This document shows positions 20,001-28,935 of a stretch of DNA of 64,000 bases, piece by piece. Source of the DNA: a virus (Duplodnaviria; Caudoviricetes); IMG/VR virus record IMGVR_UViG_3300028454_000171, positions 2,540 to 66,539 of that record. One strand, given 5' to 3'. The position numbers and the translations under genes were made by a program. Position 1 is the first letter of the stretch. Every line of letters starts with the position of its first letter. The notes beneath the pieces were generated by a model, which searched no databases, was not told where the DNA came from, and saw only the letters and a list, made by a program, of their open reading frames with translations.

Positions 20001-20498
20001 ATGGTTGAGGTAAACAGTTTCCAGTATGAGCAGACGCATGATCAGAAACTCAAGGAGTCGGTCTGCGTGGCTGCTACGGTGAAAGTCATAGCTTTTGACA
20101 AAAAGAAGATGACAGTCAATGTGCAGCCTTTGTCGAAACATCTGGAACATGGCAATTATGAGAGTCAGCCGCCGATATTGCGCGTCCCAGTGATGTGCAT
20201 GAAAACTGGCGGTTTTATTGTGCGGCCTTGGATACGGGTCGGTGATGTTGGTTTGGTGGTTTACCTCGATCACGACCTCGACAGTACGGTGTCCGGTGGC
20301 AAGGAGGCCGACCCGCTAACGGAACGCAACCACGCTACTTCTGATGCTGTGTTTATAGGCGGCATGGTGTCGGGAAACTATTCCGTTCCTGGTATTCCAG
20401 ATGAAGCGCATGTTATTTCCAGCGAAGATGGCGGCAGTTTCATAGCAATAGCCAAGGATTACATACGGATTAAGTCGCCGATGGTCTATATCAACTAG
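20001..20498 (+). CDS. Baseplate spike protein (gp138/gpV-like)
   Basis: TVNVQPL...VPV...VGDVGLVVYLDHDLD...HATSDAVF. Confidence 0.75.
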   Translation: MVEVNSFQYEQTHDQKLKESVCVAATVKVIAFDKKKMTVNVQPLSKHLEHGNYESQPPILRVPVMCMKTGGFIVRPWIRVGDVGLVVYLDHDLDSTVSGGKEADPLTERNHATSDAVFIGGMVSGNYSVPGIPDEAHVISSEDGGSFIAIAKDYIRIKSPMVYIN

Positions 20499-20511
20499 GG
20501 AGGTGGACGGT

Positions 20512-20832
20512 ATGCCACAGGCAACGAGGCTGGGGGACAGCACTTCGGGAGTATGCGACATCGGTCTTCCTTGCTGTCCGCACGGCAGAAGCGGCACGAA
20601 CAGCGTGGTTTCCCCGAATGTGCTCATCAATGGATTAGGAGCGCATCGAAGGGGAGACACGGGGCCATGCAACTGTCCGCACGGCGGGACATTCGTTAGT
20701 GTAGGTGCTTCGGCGACAGTTTTCATTAACAATCGAGGAGCAACACGCATCGGTGACTCGACAGTATGCCAAGCCTGTGGGCAAAACGGCAGCCATGTCG
20801 CTGGCAGCCTGAATGTCATCATAGGCGGGTGA
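20512..20832 (+). CDS. PAAR-domain spike tip protein
   Basis: ATRLGD / AHRRGD / ATRIGD repeats with CPHG. Confidence 0.85.
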   Translation: MPQATRLGDSTSGVCDIGLPCCPHGRSGTNSVVSPNVLINGLGAHRRGDTGPCNCPHGGTFVSVGASATVFINNRGATRIGDSTVCQACGQNGSHVAGSLNVIIGG

Positions 20833-20836
20833 TGAT

Positions 20837-21205
20837 ATGGACAATATGACGCTTTTGATTGACCCTGAAACCCGTGACTTGGTGTTTGACGAGAACGGTC
20901 ATTTCAAGAAAATCTACGATGAAGACACGGTAGTGCAGAACGTCCGCCATGCTCTCGTGACATGGAAAGCAGAGTTCTTTGCTGATGAAACACACGGCAC
21001 AGATTATGAACGCATTGTCGGGAAGAACCAGAACGAGGTAGATATAAGCGAGGTCAAAGAAGTGCTGCGTGAAGCTATATTCCAAGAGCCGTATGTGCAG
21101 CGGGTTGATTCCCTTGATGTGACATACGAGAACAGGAGCATCACAGCGGTGTTCCGGGGTACGATGACGAATGGCGAGAAGATTCGATTGGAGGTGACAG
21201 CGTAA
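20837..21205 (+). CDS. Baseplate wedge protein (gp25/DUF2634-like)
   Basis: WKAEFFADETHGTDY motif; synteny. Confidence 0.75.
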   Translation: MDNMTLLIDPETRDLVFDENGHFKKIYDEDTVVQNVRHALVTWKAEFFADETHGTDYERIVGKNQNEVDISEVKEVLREAIFQEPYVQRVDSLDVTYENRSITAVFRGTMTNGEKIRLEVTA

Positions 21206-22383
21206 TGGCGAAGGCAACAGATTGGGGCTTGACTGATGCGGGCTTTCGGAGGCCGACATACGCAGAACTGCTCGATGCCCTTGAGCATAAAGCTCGTGAG
21301 CTGTTTGGCTCTAGCGCAAACCTCACAGTTCGCTCACCGTTGGGGATTTTCCTACGGATTTATGCCTGGATGCTGAACCTCCTGTTCTCCACGTTGGAGG
21401 ATGTATATAACAGCCGTTTCGTGGACACGGCGGTAGGAGCAAGCCTCCTGAATTTAGGGCGGGCGATAGGACTGCGGCTCTTGGGAGCGCAGAAAGCTGT
21501 CGGCTATTTGACCTTCAGCGGTGATGATGGTGTGTATGTGCCGGAGGGCTATCTTGCGGAAACCGTGACGAGCATACAGTACATCACGCTGAAAGGTGGC
21601 GTTATCCGTGACGGGTCGGTGGTTCTTCCTGCTACTGCTGTAGTGCCTGGGCCAGACGGAAACACCCCGGGAAACACCATCACAGTCATCACGAATCCTC
21701 AGTCTGGCATCATGGAAGTGACGAATGTGTCAGCATTTGAGGGTGGCAGAAATACTGAGACTGATGCTGAGTTCCGAAAGAGGTATTACATTTCTGTGGA
21801 CTTCGCGGGAGGCGTGAACATAGACGCGATCGTGGCTGCCATCTATGAAGGCGTAGAAGCGGTAATTGCTGTTATCGGTGAGGAGAATGATACAGATTTT
21901 GAGAATGAGCACGGGCTGCCACCGCACTCCATTGAGATTGTGGCGTATGGCGGGCTGGACGAGGACATTGCAAAAATCATTTTCCAGAGGAAAGCGGCGG
22001 GCATTCAGACATTTGGTGATACCGTTGTTCCAGTTCTTACGTCGTCCGGCCAGCTTTATGATGTGCATTTCAATCGGCCGGTACCAAAGAGAGTGTGGGT
22101 GCGAGTTTATAACCTCGTGACCAATGACCAATTTCCGCTGGACGGTATTGAGCAGATAAAGGCGAGCATCGTGAGGTATATAGGCGGCAATACACGCGGC
22201 GGTTTGAACATCGGGCAAGATGTTATCTGTGTAGCAATTCCCACAGAGGTATTCAAAGTATCTGGCGTAGTTGATTTTAAGCTGAAAATCAGCAGTGACG
22301 GAGAGAACTTCGGATGGAAGAATATCGAGATTGCAGCTCGTGAAAAAGCGGTGACAGAGGAAAGTCTGGTGGATGTATCGTGA
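21205..22383 (+). CDS. Baseplate J/gp47 family protein
   Basis: GGRNTETDAEFRKR motif. Confidence 0.9.
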   Translation: MAKATDWGLTDAGFRRPTYAELLDALEHKARELFGSSANLTVRSPLGIFLRIYAWMLNLLFSTLEDVYNSRFVDTAVGASLLNLGRAIGLRLLGAQKAVGYLTFSGDDGVYVPEGYLAETVTSIQYITLKGGVIRDGSVVLPATAVVPGPDGNTPGNTITVITNPQSGIMEVTNVSAFEGGRNTETDAEFRKRYYISVDFAGGVNIDAIVAAIYEGVEAVIAVIGEENDTDFENEHGLPPHSIEIVAYGGLDEDIAKIIFQRKAAGIQTFGDTVVPVLTSSGQLYDVHFNRPVPKRVWVRVYNLVTNDQFPLDGIEQIKASIVRYIGGNTRGGLNIGQDVICVAIPTEVFKVSGVVDFKLKISSDGENFGWKNIEIAAREKAVTEESLVDVS

Positions 22384-23387
22384 ACAAGTATTTAGCCAAG
22401 ATGCTGTATGCCTTGACGAGCGCATATAGCCGAAAAGACTATGATAAACTGCGAAGCGATAAGCCGATAGAAACGAATATTGGAAAACTGTTTTCAATAT
22501 TTGCTTGGGGGCTGGACACAGTTCAGGAACAGGCAGACCTCATAAAGAAATGGGATGACCTCGATTACGCGGAAGGCAGAGTTCTTGACCGCTATGGTGC
22601 GAACTTCGGAGTGAAGCGGGGCGGTGCGTCTGACCCGCTTTATCGCCTGTTCATCAAGGTCAAGATGATTGCCCAGCTTTCCGGCGGTGATGAAGATACC
22701 GTTATCAAGGCAGCAGCAGAGTTTCTCGGCGTGGAGTACACGGATTTGGAATCAGAGGATGTGTACCCTGCAAAGAAATGGATTTATGTCGATTTCAAAC
22801 GAATACCGGAGGAACGTCTGGAACTTATCGAGCAGATTGCACATGCCATCAAACGGACGATTGCCGCAGGTGTGGGATTCCGGCTTTACCTCAGAACTTA
22901 TCGGTCATACACGATGCTTCTGCCGATAAACCACGGCGGTGCGATTGGCGAAAACCTATTCTTCCAGCCGGTCGGTCAGGACAGGGTGGACATCAGGGGT
23001 TTTCCCGTTAGCCACGGTGCAGCCATCGGTGAAAAGCTGTTTTTTCAGCCGGTAGGGCGAGACAGAGCAGATACTGAGGACTTGCTCATCAGTCACGGTG
23101 CAGAACTTTTAAGCGAAGGTATGAAATATGAACCGATAGCAGAACCGCGTGCAGACAAATCAGCGATTGACATTTCTGCGGGCGCAATCCTACCGGCAAA
23201 GCTGTCCTCCGATGTTGTTCTCAGGGAGCATACCTTCTCAGAGAGCGTCAGTGTAGCGCAGGGCAGCGTCTCAAGGGCAGACCTTATAGGATGTATGCCC
23301 GACCATAAAATAACTGCTACAGAGCGACGCAGGGGCGTTAGCGGAGCTATCTGCCTTTCGCATATCAAGTCACGTCGAATCGAATAA
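22380..23387 (+). CDS. Baseplate wedge protein (gpI/DUF2612-like)
   Basis: AEGRVLDRYGANFGVKR motif after baseplate J. Confidence 0.7.
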   Translation: MNKYLAKMLYALTSAYSRKDYDKLRSDKPIETNIGKLFSIFAWGLDTVQEQADLIKKWDDLDYAEGRVLDRYGANFGVKRGGASDPLYRLFIKVKMIAQLSGGDEDTVIKAAAEFLGVEYTDLESEDVYPAKKWIYVDFKRIPEERLELIEQIAHAIKRTIAAGVGFRLYLRTYRSYTMLLPINHGGAIGENLFFQPVGQDRVDIRGFPVSHGAAIGEKLFFQPVGRDRADTEDLLISHGAELLSEGMKYEPIAEPRADKSAIDISAGAILPAKLSSDVVLREHTFSESVSVAQGSVSRADLIGCMPDHKITATERRRGVSGAICLSHIKSRRIE

Positions 23388-23402
23388 GGGAGGTTTACAG
23401 CC

Positions 23403-24653
23403 ATGTCGAATTTTGAAGACGGCAGCTACGGCAGCGCGAAAGGCATTGCTCTAATAGCAAAGGTGCTCGCCGGACGCTGCAAAATGAGGTACACACGGGT
23501 GGCGGCGGGCAAGGGATATATCCCCGAAGGGGAAACGCCAAAGACCATGCCAGAACCCGCAGAGTATGTTATGGACGCAAAAATCGCGTCCATATCCAAC
23601 CCCGTGGACGGTGAATGCCAAGTCACTATCCAAATCAATAGTGCGGACGTGGAGACTGGTTTTTACTGCACGGGACTTTTACTTTATGCAGAAGACCCGG
23701 ATGAAGGAGAAATCCCGTACACCTATCTGGTGTTGGAAAACGAGCCGGAGTGGGTTAGGCCAAAATCGTCCATCGTTGGTAAGCTGGCGACTTTTGACCT
23801 TATCGCAGCGGTAGGGGATGTTGATACGGTAGTAGCCGCCATAGATCCCGAAGCCATTGCCACTGTGGAAACGGTCAATCACCTGATTACCGACCACAAC
23901 AGCGACCCAAATGCCCACGGCGGCATTGCGGGCGAAAGCTGTGTTCTTGTCAGTGAAATCGTAATTCCCACGGATGGGTGGAAGGCTCGAACTGATGAAA
24001 CAGTGGACAGCGAATATGCCATGCAGCTTGACATTGAGGTTGATGGTGCGGATGAAACCATGTTCCCGCATCTTGCTCTCACGCTGCCCTCCCTATCCAT
24101 TGCGGGCGATGCAGTGCTTTGCCCGACTATTAAGTCTTGTGACGGGTATGTGCGGCTTTGGGTAAAGAGAACGCCTGCGGCAGAAATCACGGGTGTGCTT
24201 GCTCTACTCTCCGCTCCGCACAACGGTGGCGCAGGAGCGCATATTTTCCGTGTTCCTGCCCAGAAATGGGTGGAACTGGAAGAAGATGAATCTGATTACA
24301 GCTTGCAAGCGGACATTGTAGTGCCTCGCTCTACAGTGAAGGCATCACCGATGGTCGCTTTCAATATTGCTTCGCTCCCTGCTGCACAGGAAGCCGAGAT
24401 TTGCCCTACCATTCAGGCATTTGACGGTTTCGTGAGGCTTTGGGCGAAGAACCGTCCGTCAGAGGATATTAAGGGTGCAATCACTTTGCTGTTTGACATG
24501 GGTGACAATCCTGCGCATCTTCCGACGGCGACCGATTCCGTCCTTGGCGGCGTGAAAATCAAGGAAGGCTCCGGCTTGCGGATTGACGAGGAGGGCAACC
24601 TCTCCATCAATGCGGCTACGCCGGAGGAAGTCAAGGAACTTTACGACCGCTGA
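23403..24653 (+). CDS. Proximal tail fibre/collar protein with two internal repeated domains
   Basis: KGIALIAKVLAG...YTRVAAGKG N-terminus; HNSDPNAH; repeated CPTI...DG(Y/F)VRLW. Confidence 0.7.
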   Translation: MSNFEDGSYGSAKGIALIAKVLAGRCKMRYTRVAAGKGYIPEGETPKTMPEPAEYVMDAKIASISNPVDGECQVTIQINSADVETGFYCTGLLLYAEDPDEGEIPYTYLVLENEPEWVRPKSSIVGKLATFDLIAAVGDVDTVVAAIDPEAIATVETVNHLITDHNSDPNAHGGIAGESCVLVSEIVIPTDGWKARTDETVDSEYAMQLDIEVDGADETMFPHLALTLPSLSIAGDAVLCPTIKSCDGYVRLWVKRTPAAEITGVLALLSAPHNGGAGAHIFRVPAQKWVELEEDESDYSLQADIVVPRSTVKASPMVAFNIASLPAAQEAEICPTIQAFDGFVRLWAKNRPSEDIKGAITLLFDMGDNPAHLPTATDSVLGGVKIKEGSGLRIDEEGNLSINAATPEEVKELYDR

Positions 24654-24680
24654 GGCAACTGACAGAAGGAGGGAATAGGC

Positions 24681-24896
24681 ATGGCGACTGATACCAAGAA
24701 ACCCGTGGATTTGGAAGGCCTTGGCGCCGCGATTGACAAAATCAAGGGGGACTTTGCCAAGAAGGAAGACATTCCGGCTATGAACTTCGCCACTCGCGAA
24801 GAAATCCTTGCGTTGTTCGAAGACGCGACGGTAGAGACTGGCGCGAGTGAAGGCACGGATTCCGGCGACGGCGCGGGCGTGGACGACAACGTCTGA
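24681..24896 (+). CDS. Hypothetical tail-associated protein
   Basis: RBS AAGGAGG; N-terminus (KPVDLEGLG) resembles that of the next gene (RPINLENLG). Confidence 0.6.
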   Translation: MATDTKKPVDLEGLGAAIDKIKGDFAKKEDIPAMNFATREEILALFEDATVETGASEGTDSGDGAGVDDNV

Positions 24897-24994
24897 CCAA
24901 ACACCATGAATGGCAAGGGGGCGGGTCGCCGGGTATCGCTCCCTTGAAATGCCAGCCCGGTATAAATTTCATTTCTGTATAGGAGGAATTACAA

Positions 24995-25912
24995 ATGGCT
25001 GATGAGAAAATCCGTCCGATTAACCTTGAGAACCTTGGGACTTTGGTAGACGAAATCAAGTCCCGCTACGCAACAAAGACCGCCCTTGAGGGTGCGACCT
25101 ACCGCATCAAGGCTTTGGAAGATGTGGGCGCACAGGCCAACGTCCTTGAGGGCGTGAAGGTCAATGGCACGGCACTTGCCATCGCCGAGAAGATGGTTGA
25201 CATTCTGATTGCCACCGGCACGGCCAACGGCACCATCAAGGTCAATGGCACTGATGTTTCCGTCGCGGGTCTTGCGGCCCTTGCTTACAAGGCGGAAATC
25301 AGCGTAGATGACCTGTCCGCCGCATTCAAGGCAGCTTTCGACGCGAAAGCTGAGCAGACCTCCATCGACACCCTCGTCGGGAATGTGGAGGGCGACAACG
25401 CGAAGTCCGTCCGCACGATTTCCGCTGAGGAGGTTGCCAAGGTTGTCGCGGGTGCTGACCAGAGCTTCGACACCTTGAAGGAAATCGCCGACTGGATTAT
25501 GAACGACACCACCGGCGCTGCGAAGATGGCGAACGACATTTCCGACCTCAAGACCAAGCTCACGCTCGGTACGCATGAGGTTGGCGGCGAGCAGGTTGAG
25601 TATGCCAATGTCAAGCAGTACGTCGAGGCTGTCACGGCGAGCTTCATCTCCCTGACCGCCCTTTCTGCTGAGACGACCGGCTCCGGCAACGCCATCACCA
25701 GCGCCAGCTATGACAGCGCGACCGGCAAGACCACCTTCACGAAGGGTGCGACCTTCACCGAGGCCGTGGTTCCCGCCGCTGCTGGGAACATTGCGGGTCT
25801 GGATGCCACCGGCCAGCTTCAGGACACCGGCAGCAAAGTCACCGACTTTGTGCGTCATGACGAGATTCAGGCCGTCACCGCCGCCGAGGTCAGGGCGCTG
25901 TTCAACGAGTAA
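24995..25912 (+). CDS. Hypothetical tail-associated protein
   Basis: RBS AGGAGG; strongly biased codon usage. Confidence 0.65.
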   Translation: MADEKIRPINLENLGTLVDEIKSRYATKTALEGATYRIKALEDVGAQANVLEGVKVNGTALAIAEKMVDILIATGTANGTIKVNGTDVSVAGLAALAYKAEISVDDLSAAFKAAFDAKAEQTSIDTLVGNVEGDNAKSVRTISAEEVAKVVAGADQSFDTLKEIADWIMNDTTGAAKMANDISDLKTKLTLGTHEVGGEQVEYANVKQYVEAVTASFISLTALSAETTGSGNAITSASYDSATGKTTFTKGATFTEAVVPAAAGNIAGLDATGQLQDTGSKVTDFVRHDEIQAVTAAEVRALFNE

Positions 25913-25988
25913 TCGTTGGCGGCAGTTTTATGGGAATGTCCCCGCCGAAGGTTCGGCGGGGATGTTCTTTTGACCAAAGGAGGCAGTC

Positions 25989-26483
25989 ATGGCAAACGAA
26001 CAGCAAACATCAATAAAAGCGTTTGAGGCCGGTGGACTTGCCGCCATCGTAGAATACATCAAACAAGCACAAAGCACAGGAGACGACGTTGGCAGGAACC
26101 TTGCGACGTTGGCCACCATGGTCAACGAGGTGCTTACGGGAATCGGCGAAGCTATCAGCACATTGGATTCGACAAAGGCGTATATCGCGGTCAGCAAGGA
26201 TTTTACGCTGGCGGCAAGTGCATGGGTCGAGGACACGGCTGGCTCCGAGGTTTATCCGTGGAAATATGAGCTGGCACTGACCGGTGTGACGGCTGATGTA
26301 CGGGCTGATGTAGTCTTTGACCATGCCAGCGCATACGCAGCCGGAAACTGCGGCGTAAGTTCTGTTTCGAGCACAGCAGAGAACAAGGTCATCCTGCGCA
26401 GCAGCGCAAAGCCAACGGTGAACCTGACCGGAACACTTTATCTCACTCGCGGCAAGGCGAGCGCATCAAACGAGGAGGAATGA
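25989..26483 (+). CDS. Hypothetical tail-associated protein
   Basis: RBS AAGGAGG; operon context. Confidence 0.6.
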   Translation: MANEQQTSIKAFEAGGLAAIVEYIKQAQSTGDDVGRNLATLATMVNEVLTGIGEAISTLDSTKAYIAVSKDFTLAASAWVEDTAGSEVYPWKYELALTGVTADVRADVVFDHASAYAAGNCGVSSVSSTAENKVILRSSAKPTVNLTGTLYLTRGKASASNEEE

Positions 26484-26486
26484 CAA

Positions 26487-28187
26487 ATGGTTGGCAGCGT
26501 AAACACGCCCGGTGTCGGCAAAGCCGAACTGGATAATGTAAAGCAGACGGCGGAAGGCGCGGCAAGCGCAGCGGCAACCGCTCAGTCCACCGCAACAGCG
26601 GCGGCAAATGCGGCGCAGTCTGCGGCAAGCGCAGCGGCGGCTGCTCAGGCGGCAGCAGACGCGGCGCAGCAGACGGCGGAGGAAGCCAAGGAAGAGGCTG
26701 AACACGGCGGTGGCGGGGGCGGTATCGAGCTTGCCGATGTAACAAACGCATCGGCAGTATCCGGAGACAGTAAAGTGTCTCTGAAATGGACAGACCCGAA
26801 TGACATCACTTACAGCGGTGCGACGCTGGCAAGGTGGGCAGGCACGAAGCTCGTGAGGAAGACAGGCTCCGCCCCCACCAGTGCCACGGACGGCACGGTG
26901 ATCGTGGACAGCAAGACGAGGAATGCCTATTCCAGCACCGCTTACGTGGACAGCGGGCTGACGAACAATACGAAGTATTACTACAGGTTCTTCCCCTACA
27001 GCACGGCTGGAATGTACACCACGGGGACGAGCCTGAATGCCACGCCCACGCCGAAGCCCAAGGCCACCATGAGCGTCAGCCCGTCCTCCGTGATGGTGGT
27101 CGAGGGGCAGACGGCGACGGTCACGGTGACATCGAACAGCTCCGGCACGGTCCGCGCCGTGTCCAGCAGCACGTCGAAGGCCACGGTGAGCGTCAGCGGG
27201 AAGACCGTGACCGTCACCGGCGTCGCGGTCGGTTCCGCCACCATAACCATCTCCCAGGACGGGGATTCGACCTATGCGGCGCCGGACAGCAAGACGGTGT
27301 CCGTCACGGTTCCCGCCATCTCGTCCACGCTCAACGACAACACCTGGGCGCAGATTTCCCAAGTGGCCAAGGCCGGAAACGGCGACCTTTATTGGGATAT
27401 CGGGGACTGCAAGGAAATCACTCTGAACGGCAAGGTGGGCAACCAGCTCACCCTCTCCAATAAGAAGCTCTGTGTCTTCATCCTCGACTTCAATCACAAA
27501 ATGAACGGGACGGCGGAGAACAACATCATCTTTGGCGGTTTCAAGACGGCGCTGACCAACGGAACGGATGTCGCCCTCGTGGATGACCAGTACGACCAGT
27601 ACAAGACAGATGGCACAATCATGTTCAACATGAACCACTGGGGCAACCACAACTACGGCGGCTGGAAGGGCTCGGATTTCCGCTACGATATCCTCGGTGC
27701 GACCAGCACTCAGCCGAGTGACTACGGCAAGGATCACACGACTTCCTGTGTAGGTTACGACGCTACAGCCACGACACTGACCAGCCCGAAGGCGAACACG
27801 CTGTTAGCGGCTCTGCCTTCCGATTTACGGAGCAACATACGGCTTTGGACGAGGTATGTGGATGCGGTGGGCAATTCATCCAACGTGGATGCGAACATCA
27901 AGGCTACGGTGGACGCCATCACGCTTCTCGCCGAGCCGGAGATTTTCGCGTCGAGAACCTACGCAAATCAGTATGAGTACAATCACAACACTCGGATGGC
28001 GTACTACGCCAACGGCAACGGCACCATCAAGAAGAAGCATTCGGATGGTTCCACTGCTGTGCTTTGGTGGGAGTCTTCACCTCTTTACTACTCCGCGAGC
28101 TACTTCTGTCTTGTCTACTCCAACGGCAACGCGGACGACTACGGCGCTTCCTATTCGCTTGCGCTCGCGCCGGCTTTCAAAATGTAG
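26487..28187 (+). CDS. DGR target protein: Ala-rich coiled coil, FN3-like, Ig-like (Big_2-like) and C-terminal CLec-type (DUF6273-like) variable domain; probable receptor-binding protein
   Basis: C-terminal 130 nt is the VR matching the TR; SLKWTDP...YYYRFFPY; WWESSP...LAPAFKM. Confidence 0.9.
   Translation: MVGSVNTPGVGKAELDNVKQTAEGAASAAATAQSTATAAANAAQSAASAAAAAQAAADAAQQTAEEAKEEAEHGGGGGGIELADVTNASAVSGDSKVSLKWTDPNDITYSGATLARWAGTKLVRKTGSAPTSATDGTVIVDSKTRNAYSSTAYVDSGLTNNTKYYYRFFPYSTAGMYTTGTSLNATPTPKPKATMSVSPSSVMVVEGQTATVTVTSNSSGTVRAVSSSTSKATVSVSGKTVTVTGVAVGSATITISQDGDSTYAAPDSKTVSVTVPAISSTLNDNTWAQISQVAKAGNGDLYWDIGDCKEITLNGKVGNQLTLSNKKLCVFILDFNHKMNGTAENNIIFGGFKTALTNGTDVALVDDQYDQYKTDGTIMFNMNHWGNHNYGGWKGSDFRYDILGATSTQPSDYGKDHTTSCVGYDATATTLTSPKANTLLAALPSDLRSNIRLWTRYVDAVGNSSNVDANIKATVDAITLLAEPEIFASRTYANQYEYNHNTRMAYYANGNGTIKKKHSDGSTAVLWWESSPLYYSASYFCLVYSNGNADDYGASYSLALAPAFKM
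28052..28181 (+). repeat. DGR variable repeat (VR)
   Basis: Ungapped alignment to 28,782-28,911 (offset 730) with 23 mismatches, all opposite TR adenines. Confidence 0.98.
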
Positions 28188-28222
28188 CGAGCGAAGCGAG
28201 CGGTCAATTATCCGGCTACCAT

Positions 28223-28242
28223 CTGCCCCCGGCAGGGGGCAG
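28223..28242 (+). promoter_or_regulatory. DGR homing hairpin/cruciform downstream of VR
   Basis: 8-bp stem CTGCCCCC/GGGGGCAG with GGCA (GRNA) tetraloop, matching the BPP-1-type target-recognition hairpin. Confidence 0.88.
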
Positions 28243-28268
28243 GTCAGCCGCAGAATAAGGAGCTAACT

Positions 28269-28754
28269 ATGTCAGTATTGAAAGCACACAGAGGTCAAAG
28301 CAAGGCCGAATTCGTCAACACGGCGAACGCCATCTACACGGAAACGCTGTGGTTTTTGTCACGGCTTTCATCACGGTATTCCCGGCTGCTGGTGAAGGAC
28401 ACTATCCACGAAGCCCATGAGATTGTGGCGAACGCGGAAGCGGCAAACAGCATGATGCCTGTAGACCAGCTCCGCTATGAAGAACGGACACGGTATCTCC
28501 TGCGGGCGCGGGCCGCTGTCGGGGCGCTGGATATCCAGATGGCTCACATCTATGAGCTGCTGATGCTCAATCCCGAAGGAGCCTTCTCCAAGCAGAACGG
28601 TGGCAGCATCCCAAGTGCCGAGGCCGTCGAGAAACTCGACAAGATGGCGGAGAGTCTTGGCTGCAAGCTGGACGAGGAAACCAAGCTCCTGACCGGTGTG
28701 ATGAAATACGACAAGCAGTTCCTCGCGAAGAAGCTCAAGGGTGCGTCTCTGTAA
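28269..28754 (+). CDS. avd: Accessory variability determinant (Avd-like four-helix bundle)
   Basis: Located between VR and TR; MSVLK..R..S..EF N-terminus, helical, 161 aa. Confidence 0.85.
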   Translation: MSVLKAHRGQSKAEFVNTANAIYTETLWFLSRLSSRYSRLLVKDTIHEAHEIVANAEAANSMMPVDQLRYEERTRYLLRARAAVGALDIQMAHIYELLMLNPEGAFSKQNGGSIPSAEAVEKLDKMAESLGCKLDEETKLLTGVMKYDKQFLAKKLKGASL

Positions 28755-28781
28755 ACCCTGTCGTTGTAGCAGACGGCTGTT

Positions 28782-28911
28782 CACTGCTGTGAATTGGTGG
28801 GAGTCTTCACCTAATTACAACAACGCGAACAACTTCTGTAATGTCAACACCAACGGCAACGCGAACAACAACAACGCTAACAATTCGCATGCGCTCGCGC
28901 CGGATTTCAAA
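28782..28911 (+). ncRNA. DGR template repeat (TR), followed by the spacer toward the RT
   Basis: 16 AAY codons in the target reading frame; identical to VR except at adenines. Confidence 0.97.
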
Positions 28912-28935
28912 GAGTTGGGTCAAATACAGTAGCCA

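Noticed and set aside
28741-28932. 63-aa Asn-rich ORF in the ORF track
   Set aside because: It is the reading frame of the DGR template repeat (AAC-rich), has no RBS and overlaps the avd end; TR functions as RNA
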